Assembly (NCBI GenBank): GCA_029933005.1
Contig: JAOZOY010000002.1
Coordinates: 22,694-86,693, forward strand
Direction of reading: 5' to 3'
Length of the DNA stretch: 64,000 nucleotides
DNA from: Deltaproteobacteria bacterium
GTDB taxonomy: Bacteria; Desulfobacterota; Desulfobulbia; Desulfobulbales; SURF-16
The notes under the pieces were generated by a model, which was not told the origin of the DNA, ran no database searches, and saw nothing but the letters and a program-made list of their open reading frames with translations. Position 1 is the first letter of the stretch. The number at the start of each line of letters is the position of its first letter. This document shows positions 45,764-56,214 of the stretch, piece by piece. Made by a program: the position numbers and the translations under genes.

Positions 45764-47489
45764 TAACAGGCAAATACTCCGGCCGCCAGCGCATATTGAT
45801 GATCAGTTCCCGCAGCCGTTTCGGGTCATTATTGTGTTGGAATTCGGAGAAAGCGCATAAGCTGCCGACATCTTCCCTGATGGCGGTCTCGCCTACGGTC
45901 TGAGCCACATTCAGGCTGATCTTGCTTAATTCTTCAACCGGCGGCAGGAGTTCGCCGTTTTTCATGGCTTTGGGACTGACATGGTCTGACACGGCACGGG
46001 CCGCTGCCGTGAAAAAGGAGGGCAACACTTCCCTGGCGCCCGAGGCAATTACTCCCAGGCCGACTCCGGGAAAGATAAAGACATTGTTGCATTGGCTCAC
46101 CGGATATTTTCGGCCCTGAAATGAAACAGGCGCAAAAGGACTGCCGGTGGCCACCAGGGCTTTCCCCTCTGTCCAGGTATGGATATCCCGGGGCAGGGCC
46201 TCGGTTTTATCGGTGGGATTGCTGAGCGGCAGAATGATGGGTCTGTTGCTGTTGCCTGCCATTGCCAGGATCACCTCTTTTGTAAAACAGCCGCCTTGTC
46301 CTGATGTGCCGATGAGGATGGTCACCTCGGCCTTTTTTATTACATTCAACAGCTCTCCATCGCGTGAATCTTTATACCAGCCAAGTTTGGCCGGATCTTT
46401 AGCGAATTTCTTTTTATATGGCTCGAGCTCTCGCTCCGTGGTGACCATTCCCCGGCTATCCAGGGTGAAAATCCGTTCAACTGCCTGAGCCAGGCTCAGT
46501 CCTTTTTCGACAAGTGCTGTTTTGAGCTGTTCGGCAATGCCAACTCCGCCGGCTCCGGCCCCATGCACCAGAAAGATCTGTTTTTGCAATTTCTCTTTTT
46601 TGATCTTTATTGCCGTAAGAATCGCGGCCAGGGTGATGGCGCCGGTGCCCTGGATATCATCATTAAATGAAATCAGGTCGTGGAGATAGGTGTCCCGGAT
46701 GGCAAAGGCATTCTGTTTGGAGAAGTCCTCCCACTGGCAGAGGGCATTGGGGAAAATCGCCCGGAATGCCCTGGCAAATTGTTGAACAAAGGTAATATAG
46801 TCGTCTCCGGTGAGTCGTTCATGCCGCCAGCCAAGGTAGTCATCCGCCTCCAGCAGACTTTTGTTATTTGTCCCCACGTCGAGAGAGACGGGTAGGCAAT
46901 GCCATGGCGCAATGCCGGCGCCCTCAGTGTAGAGCATCAATTTTCCAAGACAGATGGCAATGCCGCCGGCCCCCTGATCGCCAATACCCAGAATGCCTTG
47001 ATTGTCAGTGACCACGGCCACCCGTATGTCCCGGTGGTGGTAGCGTTTCAGGATCTCTTCGGCGTTGTTGATATTGCCCGGATAAAAATGGATGCCGTTG
47101 GCCCGGCGAAAGATGGTGGAATAGCGCTGGCAGGCAAGACCGACAGTGGGGGTATAGATGATGCCCATATAATGTTTGATTTCGCTGCTGATCAGGGCAT
47201 GGGCCAGGGTAACGTTGCGGTCAAACAGGGCGCGGATATAGATAAATCGTTCGATATCGTCCTCCTTGCCCGCAACTTTGATGGCACTGTTTGTGACCTG
47301 TGTTTTCAGGGTGCGGGGAGTGGGGGGCAGGGCGCCATCCAGGTCAAGAGCGGTTCTTTCTTTAAGGGAAAAGGCGGAGCCCTTGTTGGTGTAATTATTT
47401 GCCATCAGGCCAAGGCCTGTCTCCTTGGCAATAATCGCCCTTGTTTCCCCATATTTACCATATTGAAATCCGTATATGTTTTTCGGCAT
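45741..47489 (-). CDS. NAD(P)-dependent malic enzyme (large form)
   Basis: [12 protein letters not shown]-terminal motif, FNDDIQGTG, and [10 protein letters not shown] dinucleotide fold. The 3' end overlaps the sdhB 3' end by 23 nt. Confidence 0.85.
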   Translation of the reverse strand: MPKNIYGFQYGKYGETRAIIAKETGLGLMANNYTNKGSAFSLKERTALDLDGALPPTPRTLKTQVTNSAIKVAGKEDDIERFIYIRALFDRNVTLAHALISSEIKHYMGIIYTPTVGLACQRYSTIFRRANGIHFYPGNINNAEEILKRYHHRDIRVAVVTDNQGILGIGDQGAGGIAICLGKLMLYTEGAGIAPWHCLPVSLDVGTNNKSLLEADDYLGWRHERLTGDDYITFVQQFARAFRAIFPNALCQWEDFSKQNAFAIRDTYLHDLISFNDDIQGTGAITLAAILTAIKIKKEKLQKQIFLVHGAGAGGVGIAEQLKTALVEKGLSLAQAVERIFTLDSRGMVTTERELEPYKKKFAKDPAKLGWYKDSRDGELLNVIKKAEVTILIGTSGQGGCFTKEVILAMAGNSNRPIILPLSNPTDKTEALPRDIHTWTEGKALVATGSPFAPVSFQGRKYPVSQCNNVFIFPGVGLGVIASGAREVLPSFFTAAARAVSDHVSPKAMKNGELLPPVEELSKISLNVAQTVGETAIREDVGSLCAFSEFQHNNDPKRLRELIINMRWRPEYLPVISQTGPP

Positions 47490-47599
47490 GAGAGACCTCT
47501 GGTGTTAGATTAGAACCCATGACAAAAAGGCGAATGTCCAGGGATCGAGCGTAAAGAGCTGACAGTCAACGTCATGACCAGACCCGGCAGAATGGGTCA

Positions 47600-49582
47600 T
47601 CAGTGAGTTGTCATACTGGGGGCGTCCAGAATTTTGCGAATAAGCAAGGCCATATTTTGCAGGCTAAGTGGTTTCATGGCAAATTCGCGGATTCCGATTT
47701 CCCGGGCACTTTTTTCGTCGATTTTTTCGCTGAAACCCGTACAGAGAATAATCGGAAGATCGCATCGGATTGCCAGGAGTTCACGAGCAAAGTCCGCACC
47801 GTTCATCTCAGGCATTGTCTGGTCGGTAATAACCAGATCAAAACGTTCCGGCTGACTGCGAAAAATTTCCAGGGCTTGAACAGACTTTTGACTGGTGACC
47901 ACCTGATAACCGAGACAGACCAGTGTTTTTTCCCCAATCGCGACCAGCTCGGGTTCATCATCAACAAAGAGGATCGTTTCATCTCCCTTTGGCAGGGACA
48001 GGGTTTCATTTTTTATCTTCGTCTGCAATTGATCTTCATCATTAATGGCAGGAAAATAAAGTTCAAAAGTCGCCCCCTGACCTGGTTTGCTTTGCATCGT
48101 AATGGTGCCATGATGACTTTTAACAATGCCATGGACCACTGCGAGCCCCATGCCTGTGCCTTTGCCAACATCCTTGGTGGTAAAAAAAGGTTCAAAAATT
48201 CGTTTTGCCACATCCTGCTCCATTCCCTTTCCGGTGTCACTGACTGTAAGTTTCAGGTGCGGGCCGGTTTTTAGTTCCGGCAGCCGGGAAACATCATCGG
48301 AATTAATGGTCACTTCGGCAACACTGATTTCAATACGGCCGGTCTCGTCCCGCAGGGCGTGGAAGGCGTTGGTACAGAGATTCATGAGAATCTGATGGAT
48401 CTGGACCGGATCGGCCATGATTTTTCTGGAAATGGCGGGTAAGTTTTGACGAATTTCGATGGAAGTCGGCAGCGAGGCCCGCAGCATTTTCAGGGCCTCT
48501 TTAATTACAGGAAGGATGTTGACAGGCTGTTTTTGCAAATCGGTTTGACGGCTGAAAGCCAGGATCTGGGCCACCAGGTCAGTGGCCCGTTTGGAGCCTT
48601 GACGAATTCCTTTGAGGTATTCTTTCATTTCAGCATCGGTGGGCTGAACGAGCAGCGCAAGATCCGTGTAGCCGGTAATAGCGCTTAAAATGTTGTTGAA
48701 ATCATGGGCAATACCGCCGGCCAGGGTGCCGATGGCCTCCATTTTCTGGGCCTGGAGAAGTTGGGCCTCCATTGTGCTTCGATCGGCCTCTGCCTGTTTT
48801 CTGACATTGATTTCTTTTTCCAGCTGAGTGTTGGTTTCAAGGAGCTGGGAAGTTCGTTCTTCCACTTTTGTTTCCAGCTTATCCTTGGCCGTCCGGACTT
48901 TTTTCTGTTCCTCTTTCAGCATATGGCCCAGGAAAAAGTTTTTTCGGGTATAAAGTTCAATGGCATAGCAGCTGGCCATACCGATCATATTGGCGCTGAT
49001 AAAGAAAAAGTTGTTGTTGACAAGCACGGGCAGGGGCGTATTCGTGAGTTTGATTGCCGCTATTTCGTACAGGACGACAATAAGCCAGCCGGCCAGGGTT
49101 GCCCAGACAAAGCGGATTTTGATTAGTGTATAGCCCGTCATAAAGACCAGGATCAAGCCGGCATAATATGAAAAACTCGCTGGAGGCGGCGCAATGATAA
49201 TCATGGCGATGATGCCGGTGCCGGCCAGAATCACCCAGAGAACAAGGGCAGGCTGCATTATTTTTTTAAAATAGGATGAATATGTGAAGAAGAAAAACAG
49301 GATGGTAAGGGGACAGCAGAAGGCGTAACGGATCAACCATAATGTTGTCTTGCTTTCCGGCACAAGATGGGCGTCAAGGATGCCGAAAACAGCAAAAAGG
49401 ATCAAGACAAGAAAGCAGGAGACGCGGATGACCGGCAGACCGTTTGTAAAAAAATGATCCTGAAATTGTTCTTCGAGAACGTGCTGGTCGTCCCGGAAGG
49501 CAAGGGTGAGGGGATGGAGCTTTATTCTGGCCCACACTTGTGAAGATGTCTGGATATTGAGGTTACTGTCAGGTTTAATCAT
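47600..49582 (-). CDS. hybrid sensor histidine kinase (6-TM sensor, HisKA, HATPase, C-terminal receiver)
   Basis: H-box IAHDFNNIL, N/G boxes (MNLCTNAFHAL, SDTGKGM, GTGMGLA), and a receiver domain (ILFVDDE...VITDQTMPEMNG). Confidence 0.85.
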   Translation of the reverse strand: MIKPDSNLNIQTSSQVWARIKLHPLTLAFRDDQHVLEEQFQDHFFTNGLPVIRVSCFLVLILFAVFGILDAHLVPESKTTLWLIRYAFCCPLTILFFFFTYSSYFKKIMQPALVLWVILAGTGIIAMIIIAPPPASFSYYAGLILVFMTGYTLIKIRFVWATLAGWLIVVLYEIAAIKLTNTPLPVLVNNNFFFISANMIGMASCYAIELYTRKNFFLGHMLKEEQKKVRTAKDKLETKVEERTSQLLETNTQLEKEINVRKQAEADRSTMEAQLLQAQKMEAIGTLAGGIAHDFNNILSAITGYTDLALLVQPTDAEMKEYLKGIRQGSKRATDLVAQILAFSRQTDLQKQPVNILPVIKEALKMLRASLPTSIEIRQNLPAISRKIMADPVQIHQILMNLCTNAFHALRDETGRIEISVAEVTINSDDVSRLPELKTGPHLKLTVSDTGKGMEQDVAKRIFEPFFTTKDVGKGTGMGLAVVHGIVKSHHGTITMQSKPGQGATFELYFPAINDEDQLQTKIKNETLSLPKGDETILFVDDEPELVAIGEKTLVCLGYQVVTSQKSVQALEIFRSQPERFDLVITDQTMPEMNGADFARELLAIRCDLPIILCTGFSEKIDEKSAREIGIREFAMKPLSLQNMALLIRKILDAPSMTTH

Positions 49583-49620
49583 TGTCCGTGAATATCTTTT
49601 CCGGGTCAGCGATCAGAAAA

Positions 49621-49692
49621 GCGGCACCTGTGAACGCTTACAGAATAAGGAGTTACTCGAAAGCTTGGTGATTTCACCCCGTGATTGGTTAC
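49621..49692. mobile_element. 5'-truncated MITE fragment (3' arm only)
   Basis: GGCACCTGTGAACGCTTAC followed by ...ATTTCACCCCGTGATTGGTTAC. This parallels the 3' part of A1 (GGCACTGGTAAACGTTTAC...GGTGAACGGTTAC). Confidence 0.4.
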
Positions 49693-49800
49693 GTAATCGC
49701 TGACAGAGCAATGGGCTGCTCAGGTTTGTCCTATTTTATTCTGCAACAGGTTCTCTTTCCGGAAGGGCGAAAATGAAACTATTTTCACGAAATTGAGCTG

Positions 49801-50682
49801 CTATTTTCCGAAAATTCCGCGTAGAGCATCCATGCCCTTCTGCATAGCATCCTGCATGTCCTGACCTTCTGTGCCCTCGGCAGGCCTCGTGCTTCCCCCG
49901 GACTTTGTCCCGGAGCTCATGGAAGATGGAGGCATTGTGCTGTGTTGACCGATACTGGCTTGCGCTTTGTCCGGGTCAAGAAGCATTTCAATGGTCTGTT
50001 TTGCTATGGTGCGGGCCATCTGGTCAGCCTCTGGGTCATGTTCCAGCTTGATGCCGGCCGGCGGGATGAAAACATTTTTCGGCGCAGAATTCTTATCGAT
50101 TCTGGTGGCTATGGACTGGAAATTCATGCCCGCCACACTGGTTTCTGATTTCAGCGGCAGCCCGGTTTTGTTTATCATGTAAATTGTCGAACCCATGAAA
50201 GAAATTTTATCACAGGAATAACCGAGAATTTTTGTCGCGTTTTTTTCAATTTCACCTTGGGTGCCGTTGATGGCGGACTGGCCAAGTTTTTCGGAATTTT
50301 TAATAAGTTTTTTTCGGTCACTCCTGGAAAGACTGTTGTACTCCTCAATCATATACTTGGTCGGGTTGACGGATTTTTTACCGGTTTTTTCCTGCATGTC
50401 GATGGTATAGATCCACTCCGGTGTAACAATTCGAATGGTCTCGGTTTTTGTTGTCATGAAAAATATTTTTGTGGTCGTGTTTCGGTATGTGGCCTGTTCC
50501 TTGCCATAGTTGCGGATGTAGAGCGTTTCGCTGCCGTTTTCCGAGCCGGTTATCGAATAATTGATAGTAGCATTTTTGAAAGGGAGCCTGGTGTCCCAAG
50601 GGTTTTCCCCGGCCAGAACCGGAGCCGTAATCAGAAGGTTCAGAATCAGAATACGCAGCAGGAAAGAAAAAGATTGTGCCAT
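49801..50682 (-). CDS. exported hypothetical protein
   Basis: N-terminal signal sequence (LLRILILNLLITAPVLAG). No motif recognised. Ser/Gly/Met-rich C-terminal tail. Confidence 0.6.
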   Translation of the reverse strand: MAQSFSFLLRILILNLLITAPVLAGENPWDTRLPFKNATINYSITGSENGSETLYIRNYGKEQATYRNTTTKIFFMTTKTETIRIVTPEWIYTIDMQEKTGKKSVNPTKYMIEEYNSLSRSDRKKLIKNSEKLGQSAINGTQGEIEKNATKILGYSCDKISFMGSTIYMINKTGLPLKSETSVAGMNFQSIATRIDKNSAPKNVFIPPAGIKLEHDPEADQMARTIAKQTIEMLLDPDKAQASIGQHSTMPPSSMSSGTKSGGSTRPAEGTEGQDMQDAMQKGMDALRGIFGK

Positions 50683-50826
50683 GACAGTTGTACTCCTTGT
50701 CGTTGGGAAATTTGGTGGAATTTTATTATTAAGTACTTAAAAAATCATATACAAATTGATCTTTTTTTTCCATTGTTATTTTCTTCTGTGTCTCAGGGTT
50801 GAAAAAACAATTTTTACCAGTTCATC

Positions 50827-51010
50827 GTAATTGTTCAGATGGGACCACCAAATTGGTCAAATTACAATTCCGTAACTGTTCAGGGCGATAGGCTCCAGGC
50901 TGGACGGCAGGAGAAATGAGATTGTACACTGGAGTGATGTAACGAGAAACGCCGCAGATTTCGAAAATTAATAACTTTTGGCCGACAGCCTGAGCAATCT
51001 GAATAGTTTC
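50827..51010. mobile_element. two adjacent MITE units (C3 + A6)
   Basis: GTAATTGTTCAG at 50827 and GTAACTGTTCAG at 50872, with CTGAATAGTTTC ending at 51010. An internal imperfect palindrome is present (ggctccaggctggacggc / gccgacagcctgagc). No clean flanking duplication. Ends 6 nt from the EamA gene stop. Confidence 0.5.
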
Positions 51011-51016
51011 GAGGTG

Positions 51017-51883
51017 TTAACCGAAAAGAGCGATAAGCATGGCGCCGCAAAACATGAGCAGCGCTCCCAGGCCCCGGGATCTGATGTTGGTTTCTTTCAA
51101 AATGAACGAGCTCAGGATAATGGAAAAGAGAATGCTGCTTCTTTTAACCGTGATCATGTATACAGCAGTGGTGAGCATGATCGCCAGACCGTGGCAAGCC
51201 ACATGGGTTGTCAGCAGGCTGCCTAAGAGTAAACCTTTTCTGCTGTTTTTGATGATTGATGACCAGTTTGTCTGTTTGAAAATAAAGAGGCCGAATAACA
51301 GAGTAATGTTGAAAATCAGAAAGAAGAAAAAAGTGAAAAAAAGTGGTGAGGAATGAATCATGCTTTTTTTGCCCACTACGGCGGCAAAAGAGAAAATGAA
51401 AGCCACACCGAGCATGAGAAGGGAGCCTTTTTCCCGCAGGATGGATTTGAAGGGTTCCAGAAGGCCTTTTTTTAAACTGGAAAAGTTCAGCAGATAAGTG
51501 CCGCCGACAATGAGCCCGACACCGGTTATTCCCCATGAGTTTACGGTTTCATCAAGGATAAAGGAACCGGTGAGCAGAATGAAAAGCGGAGTAAAGGCCA
51601 GAAAGGGAACGGTCAGGGACAGAGGTGAGAGTTTGAGGCTGTAGAGATAAAGAATATATGCCAGCCAGTTGATGGGCAGAGAGAGAAAAAAGGACCACCA
51701 GAAGGTCTGATCCAGAACAGGAATGTTGATAAAAAGACAACCGATAATCAGAAAGGGCAGGGACCAGAACAGCTCAAGAGCTGCGATTTTCTGGATTCTC
51801 AGATCACGGCAGAAAATTTTTACGGATGTATCCCGGACAGCGACACATAAAGCGGTGAGCAGAGAGAGAAAAAACCAGGTCAT
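51017..51883 (-). CDS. EamA/DMT-family transporter
   Basis: Ten hydrophobic helices in two similar halves, 288 aa. Confidence 0.8.
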   Translation of the reverse strand: MTWFFLSLLTALCVAVRDTSVKIFCRDLRIQKIAALELFWSLPFLIIGCLFINIPVLDQTFWWSFFLSLPINWLAYILYLYSLKLSPLSLTVPFLAFTPLFILLTGSFILDETVNSWGITGVGLIVGGTYLLNFSSLKKGLLEPFKSILREKGSLLMLGVAFIFSFAAVVGKKSMIHSSPLFFTFFFFLIFNITLLFGLFIFKQTNWSSIIKNSRKGLLLGSLLTTHVACHGLAIMLTTAVYMITVKRSSILFSIILSSFILKETNIRSRGLGALLMFCGAMLIALFG

Positions 51884-51903
51884 TGCAGGATAGGTTCCAT
51901 ATT

Positions 51904-54900
51904 TTACCGTTCCCTTAACAATTGCAACAACTCCTTGCTGTTGATCTGTCCACCTACATCTATATTGTTGAGCAGGCTGTCGGCCAGAGTTCTTTTTTCC
52001 CGGTGCAGATTAACGATTTTTTCTTCAATGGAGTTTTTTGTGACCAGGCGGTAGATGGTTACCGGTCGTATCTGGCCAATGCGGTGAGCTCGATCCGATG
52101 CTTGATCCTCCACGGCTGGATTCCACCAGGGATCCATGTGGATCACGTAATCGGCTGCAGTCAGGTTGAGACCCAGGCCACCGGCCTTGAGGCTGATCAG
52201 AAAAAGGTCGCCCGTCCCTGTCTGAAACCCGTTGATCTGCTGTCTCCTTTCCCTGGCCGTGGTGGAACCATCCAGGTAGCAGTAACTGATTTTTTTATTA
52301 TCAAGAAGTTCCCTTAAAATGGTCAGGTGACCGACAAATTGACTGAAAACCAAGACTTTGTGCCGATTTTCCAGAAGTTCATCAATCACCTTGCTGAAAA
52401 GATTCAGCTTGGAACTTGGGATGTCGCAGTCTTTGGCTACCAGCCTGGGGTGGCAGCAGGCCCGGCGCAGTCTCATGAGTTCCGCCAGAATACGCATATG
52501 TTTCTGGCCGGCAGGAACTGTGTGTGTTTCGATTTTCTCGACGGCCTCCCGCCTGAGAGCCTCGTAGAAGGCTGTTTCCTCGGGACTCATCTCAACCCGT
52601 AGGGTAATTTCCGTTTTCGGCGGCAATTCTTCAAGAACCTGGGATTTTAGACGACGCAGAATGAACGGGCTGATCAGTTTTTTGAGTTTGCGCTGAGCCG
52701 TCCTGTCCTGGTAGCGCTCGATGGGCAGGCGGTATTTTTTATTAAATCGCTCAAGGCTGCCAAGGAGGCCGGGGTTGATGAAGTTGAACAGGTTCCATAA
52801 TTCTCCGAGATGATTTTCGATAGGGGTGCCGGTGGTGATCAGTTTAAATTCCCCCTGCAGCGACATGGCTGCCTTGCTTCGTTTTGTCGCCATGTTTTTG
52901 ATGGCCTGGGCTTCATCAAGGATAATCACCTGCCAGTGGACAGCGGTCAGCAGTTTGATTTCCTGCTGCAATAAACCATAACTGATAATGACTACATCGA
53001 AGGGCTGCAGGGAGGTGACCTGCTCGGAGCGGTTTTTCCCGCCAAAAAGATTGACATTCAAGGTCGGGCTGAAACGGTTCATCTCAGCCTGCCAGTTCAG
53101 GCAGACCGACATAGGCGCCACCACCAGGGAGGGCCCCAGACCCGCCCTGTCCAGTATGACGGCCAGTCCCTGGATTGTTTTTCCTAGACCCATGTCATCG
53201 GCCAGGCAGGCCCCGGCTCCCCAGTGGGCAAGGCGGGCCAGCCATTGATATCCTTCAACCTGGTAATCGCGGAGCTGGGCCTGCAGGGTTGATGGGATGC
53301 TAGGCAGGAATTCCCGTACCTCGTGCACCCGCTTGAGCATGTCAATCCATTGTTGATCCGTGTCAAGATGAAAGGGTTTTTCGTTGATATTTTCAAGAGC
53401 GGCCGCGGCCAGTGGGTGAAGACGAATTTTATTGCCCCGATCTTCTCCAAAAAAGTTGATTTCTTCAAGCTGTTTGCGGAAGTTCCGGGAAAGGACGATA
53501 TACTGGCCATCTTCCAGTGGGACAAATTTGCTGGAACTGTTACGGACAAGGGACAAAAGGCGTCGCATATTCAAGACCTTATCATCGTCAAGATGAAGCT
53601 TTCCCTGGAGCTCAAACCAGTTATTTTTTTTGCGGATTTGCAAATGGCAATGTTCAAAAGAGACCTGTTGTTTCAGCTTCAGTTTTTCTCCTTCCGGCCA
53701 TTCAACCGTGATTTCTCCCTTGATTTCCCGGAGCTCCTGCAACAACTGCAAACATTCCTCAACTTTTTGAATTTCCCATTCCCAGTCCGAGTTTTCCAGA
53801 TTGGTCAGGATGGAACATTTTGATTCTATTTTTCGGCAATTCTGAATTTCAAGCTCAAGATTTCTCTTGGCCTGCAATCGTTGACCGTCAATTTCGGCAA
53901 TGATATTTTCGCTGCCTCTGCCCGGATTCAGGTAGGGGCCGCCGTCGGCAAATGGTTTGATCAGCATGGTCAGCCTGAATCCCGTCCCCACTGGCAGGAG
54001 ATGAATGATAATTCTGGAATTCGCCGTAACTTTTTTAACATTTTTTGCAACATCGCCAATAGCTGAATGGATAGTTATGCAGGTTGACAGATTGCCAAGG
54101 GACTGCATGACCTGTTCTTTGGCCGCCAGCGGAACAAGCAGGCCCTCTTCACCCATGATAGACGCAATTCTCCGGTGCTCTTTCGAGATTTCAATGATTC
54201 GGAAACGGTTTGGGGTTTCACGAATTGCCATGACTTTGTCAGCAAAAATGTCGGGAAAAATCTCAAGATGAAGTTGATTGTTTTCTTGTCTGACTCTGAG
54301 TTCTGGTTCTCCCTTGATGAGTTCAACCGGAACTGTCGGCACGTCGGCGAGAAAGAGGTGCGGATGGCCGATCAGGGCCGGCAGGGCCTCAGTCATATTG
54401 AAATCATAGGAGATGGAATGAAATGAGCGGGTTTTTTTGAGCGATCGGCAGACTTTCTGATCCTGAGCAGTTAGAAAATCCAGTTTTTGGCCGCTGTTGA
54501 GACGCTGCAGGGCAACAGGTCTTCCTTTGCTCCAAAATCCTTTTGCGTTTAATTTCTGTTCTTTCGGAGTGATGGTGACAAAGCCGTGTTCATAGTGGAT
54601 CATCCAGGCCAGTCGTGATTGGGATACCTGATCTTTTTGTGGAGGCGCGATCAGCGCGTTTAATGCCTTCAGGGCGCGTTGCCACTTTTCTTCCTGTTTG
54701 AGCGTCGGAAAGATGGAAATGATGTTGTTTTGACGTCTGAAATCCTCTGCGAATTTGCGAAAAGAATCATCCCTCCCAGATTGGTGGAGCAGTTCTGCAT
54801 ATTCCATGGCCAGGAGGGAATAGCCGTTCCGGTGGGCCTTTTGAAAACAGGAAGAAAGTATTTCCTGTTGTTCTGCCGTCAGATGGCCATTGATCCAGAA

Positions 54901-56010
54901 ATAGGCCAGTCCCTGGATCAGGACGGTCAGGCTGTCTTCAGGCTTATCCTGCTGGCAGGAAAAATAATGCGGGTCAGCAAGAGATTCCTGGTGGGAGACA
55001 ACGTCCGCCAGCACTGTGTAGGCAGGCAGAAACAGGTTGTGGGGCTGGATAGCGGCTATGTTTGTGACAAGGGATTTGATTTTTGGGTAAAGGGTATAAT
55101 CTCCGGCTTTGATCATTGCCAGAATAAAAAACAGTCCTTCCGGACCGGTAAAAAAAATATGCCGTTGCCCCTGAATTTTTTTTAGTTTTTTGAGATCGTC
55201 TTTAAAATGAAGAATGGCTTTGTCGTTTTTGCCTTGGAGAAAAGCCAGCCAGCCCAATAGTCCGAAACCTTCCATCCCGTCGCCGGCCCGGCGTAGTAAT
55301 TCAACAGCCAGGGTTGTTTCTCCCCGCCACAGGAGGTTTGAAATGAGCAGATAATAAAACGAGCTGATGCCTTCCGCAGGGATCTCTCCCTTTCTTTCTT
55401 TGTCACGTAGGAAATTCAGGGGGCCGTCACAGGGTACCAGCCGCAGGAGGGAATAATTTAAGATTTCATGGAGTCCGTGGAGTTGCAGATGATCAGGCAG
55501 GGTGGCAAACCATCTTCCGTCAAAGGGATTATTCAGGATGGAGACCAGCGGTGAGGATTCCTCCGAAACATCCGGACATTGATAATATTTGGATAAACTG
55601 TTGTTGAAGAGGTCGAAATTCGCTGTGTAAAGGCCGATACGAACATCACGGAGATAACGGATGGATGTGTTCTCGGCAGGCATCTCCTGGCGGACAATTT
55701 TGGCAAGATGATTATAAAGTCCTTCCGTAACAGCCTGCTGGCTGAGGATTTCGACTATGGAGTCGTTACACTGAAATTTCCAGTTGAGCAGGAAATTGTT
55801 CTGGAGATGTCGAATGGATTCAGAGAGGCTCCTGTCTGGTGGCTCGTCGGTTTTGATCAGAGCAGGATCCGATTTGTCCAGACAATGATTAATTACACTT
55901 ATCTTTATCGGTTCATAGATGATCGAGATCATATAGAGGATAATTTTCTCATGACGCGGCAGGCTGTTAAAGGCTGCAGGAAGTTTGTCGGCGGCGTAGT
56001 TGTTGTTCAT
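51904..56010 (-). CDS. SNF2/Rad54-family helicase with a ~900-aa N-terminal region of unknown function
   Basis: The C-terminal ~470 aa carries the SNF2 motifs: LADDMGLGKT (I), DEAQAIKN (II), TGTPIEN (III), a helicase C domain, and WWNPAVEDQASDRAHRIGQ (VI). Confidence 0.85.
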   Translation of the reverse strand: MNNNYAADKLPAAFNSLPRHEKIILYMISIIYEPIKISVINHCLDKSDPALIKTDEPPDRSLSESIRHLQNNFLLNWKFQCNDSIVEILSQQAVTEGLYNHLAKIVRQEMPAENTSIRYLRDVRIGLYTANFDLFNNSLSKYYQCPDVSEESSPLVSILNNPFDGRWFATLPDHLQLHGLHEILNYSLLRLVPCDGPLNFLRDKERKGEIPAEGISSFYYLLISNLLWRGETTLAVELLRRAGDGMEGFGLLGWLAFLQGKNDKAILHFKDDLKKLKKIQGQRHIFFTGPEGLFFILAMIKAGDYTLYPKIKSLVTNIAAIQPHNLFLPAYTVLADVVSHQESLADPHYFSCQQDKPEDSLTVLIQGLAYFWINGHLTAEQQEILSSCFQKAHRNGYSLLAMEYAELLHQSGRDDSFRKFAEDFRRQNNIISIFPTLKQEEKWQRALKALNALIAPPQKDQVSQSRLAWMIHYEHGFVTITPKEQKLNAKGFWSKGRPVALQRLNSGQKLDFLTAQDQKVCRSLKKTRSFHSISYDFNMTEALPALIGHPHLFLADVPTVPVELIKGEPELRVRQENNQLHLEIFPDIFADKVMAIRETPNRFRIIEISKEHRRIASIMGEEGLLVPLAAKEQVMQSLGNLSTCITIHSAIGDVAKNVKKVTANSRIIIHLLPVGTGFRLTMLIKPFADGGPYLNPGRGSENIIAEIDGQRLQAKRNLELEIQNCRKIESKCSILTNLENSDWEWEIQKVEECLQLLQELREIKGEITVEWPEGEKLKLKQQVSFEHCHLQIRKKNNWFELQGKLHLDDDKVLNMRRLLSLVRNSSSKFVPLEDGQYIVLSRNFRKQLEEINFFGEDRGNKIRLHPLAAAALENINEKPFHLDTDQQWIDMLKRVHEVREFLPSIPSTLQAQLRDYQVEGYQWLARLAHWGAGACLADDMGLGKTIQGLAVILDRAGLGPSLVVAPMSVCLNWQAEMNRFSPTLNVNLFGGKNRSEQVTSLQPFDVVIISYGLLQQEIKLLTAVHWQVIILDEAQAIKNMATKRSKAAMSLQGEFKLITTGTPIENHLGELWNLFNFINPGLLGSLERFNKKYRLPIERYQDRTAQRKLKKLISPFILRRLKSQVLEELPPKTEITLRVEMSPEETAFYEALRREAVEKIETHTVPAGQKHMRILAELMRLRRACCHPRLVAKDCDIPSSKLNLFSKVIDELLENRHKVLVFSQFVGHLTILRELLDNKKISYCYLDGSTTARERRQQINGFQTGTGDLFLISLKAGGLGLNLTAADYVIHMDPWWNPAVEDQASDRAHRIGQIRPVTIYRLVTKNSIEEKIVNLHREKRTLADSLLNNIDVGGQINSKELLQLLRER

Positions 56011-56214
56011 TTGGGATGTTGTGATAATAGGAACTTTGCGCTCTCTGAGTCTCTACGTTGAGAAAACAGTTTTTATGAGGTCATCAAGATGAGGTACTTT
56101 GTTTTTCTGTCGATGTTGTCATTTTATCAGTATACCATATAATAGATGAACCATATAGATGAACTGTTTGACTCTATTGTAAAAAAGCAAAGAAAACAAC
56201 AGTGGGGTGATTGA

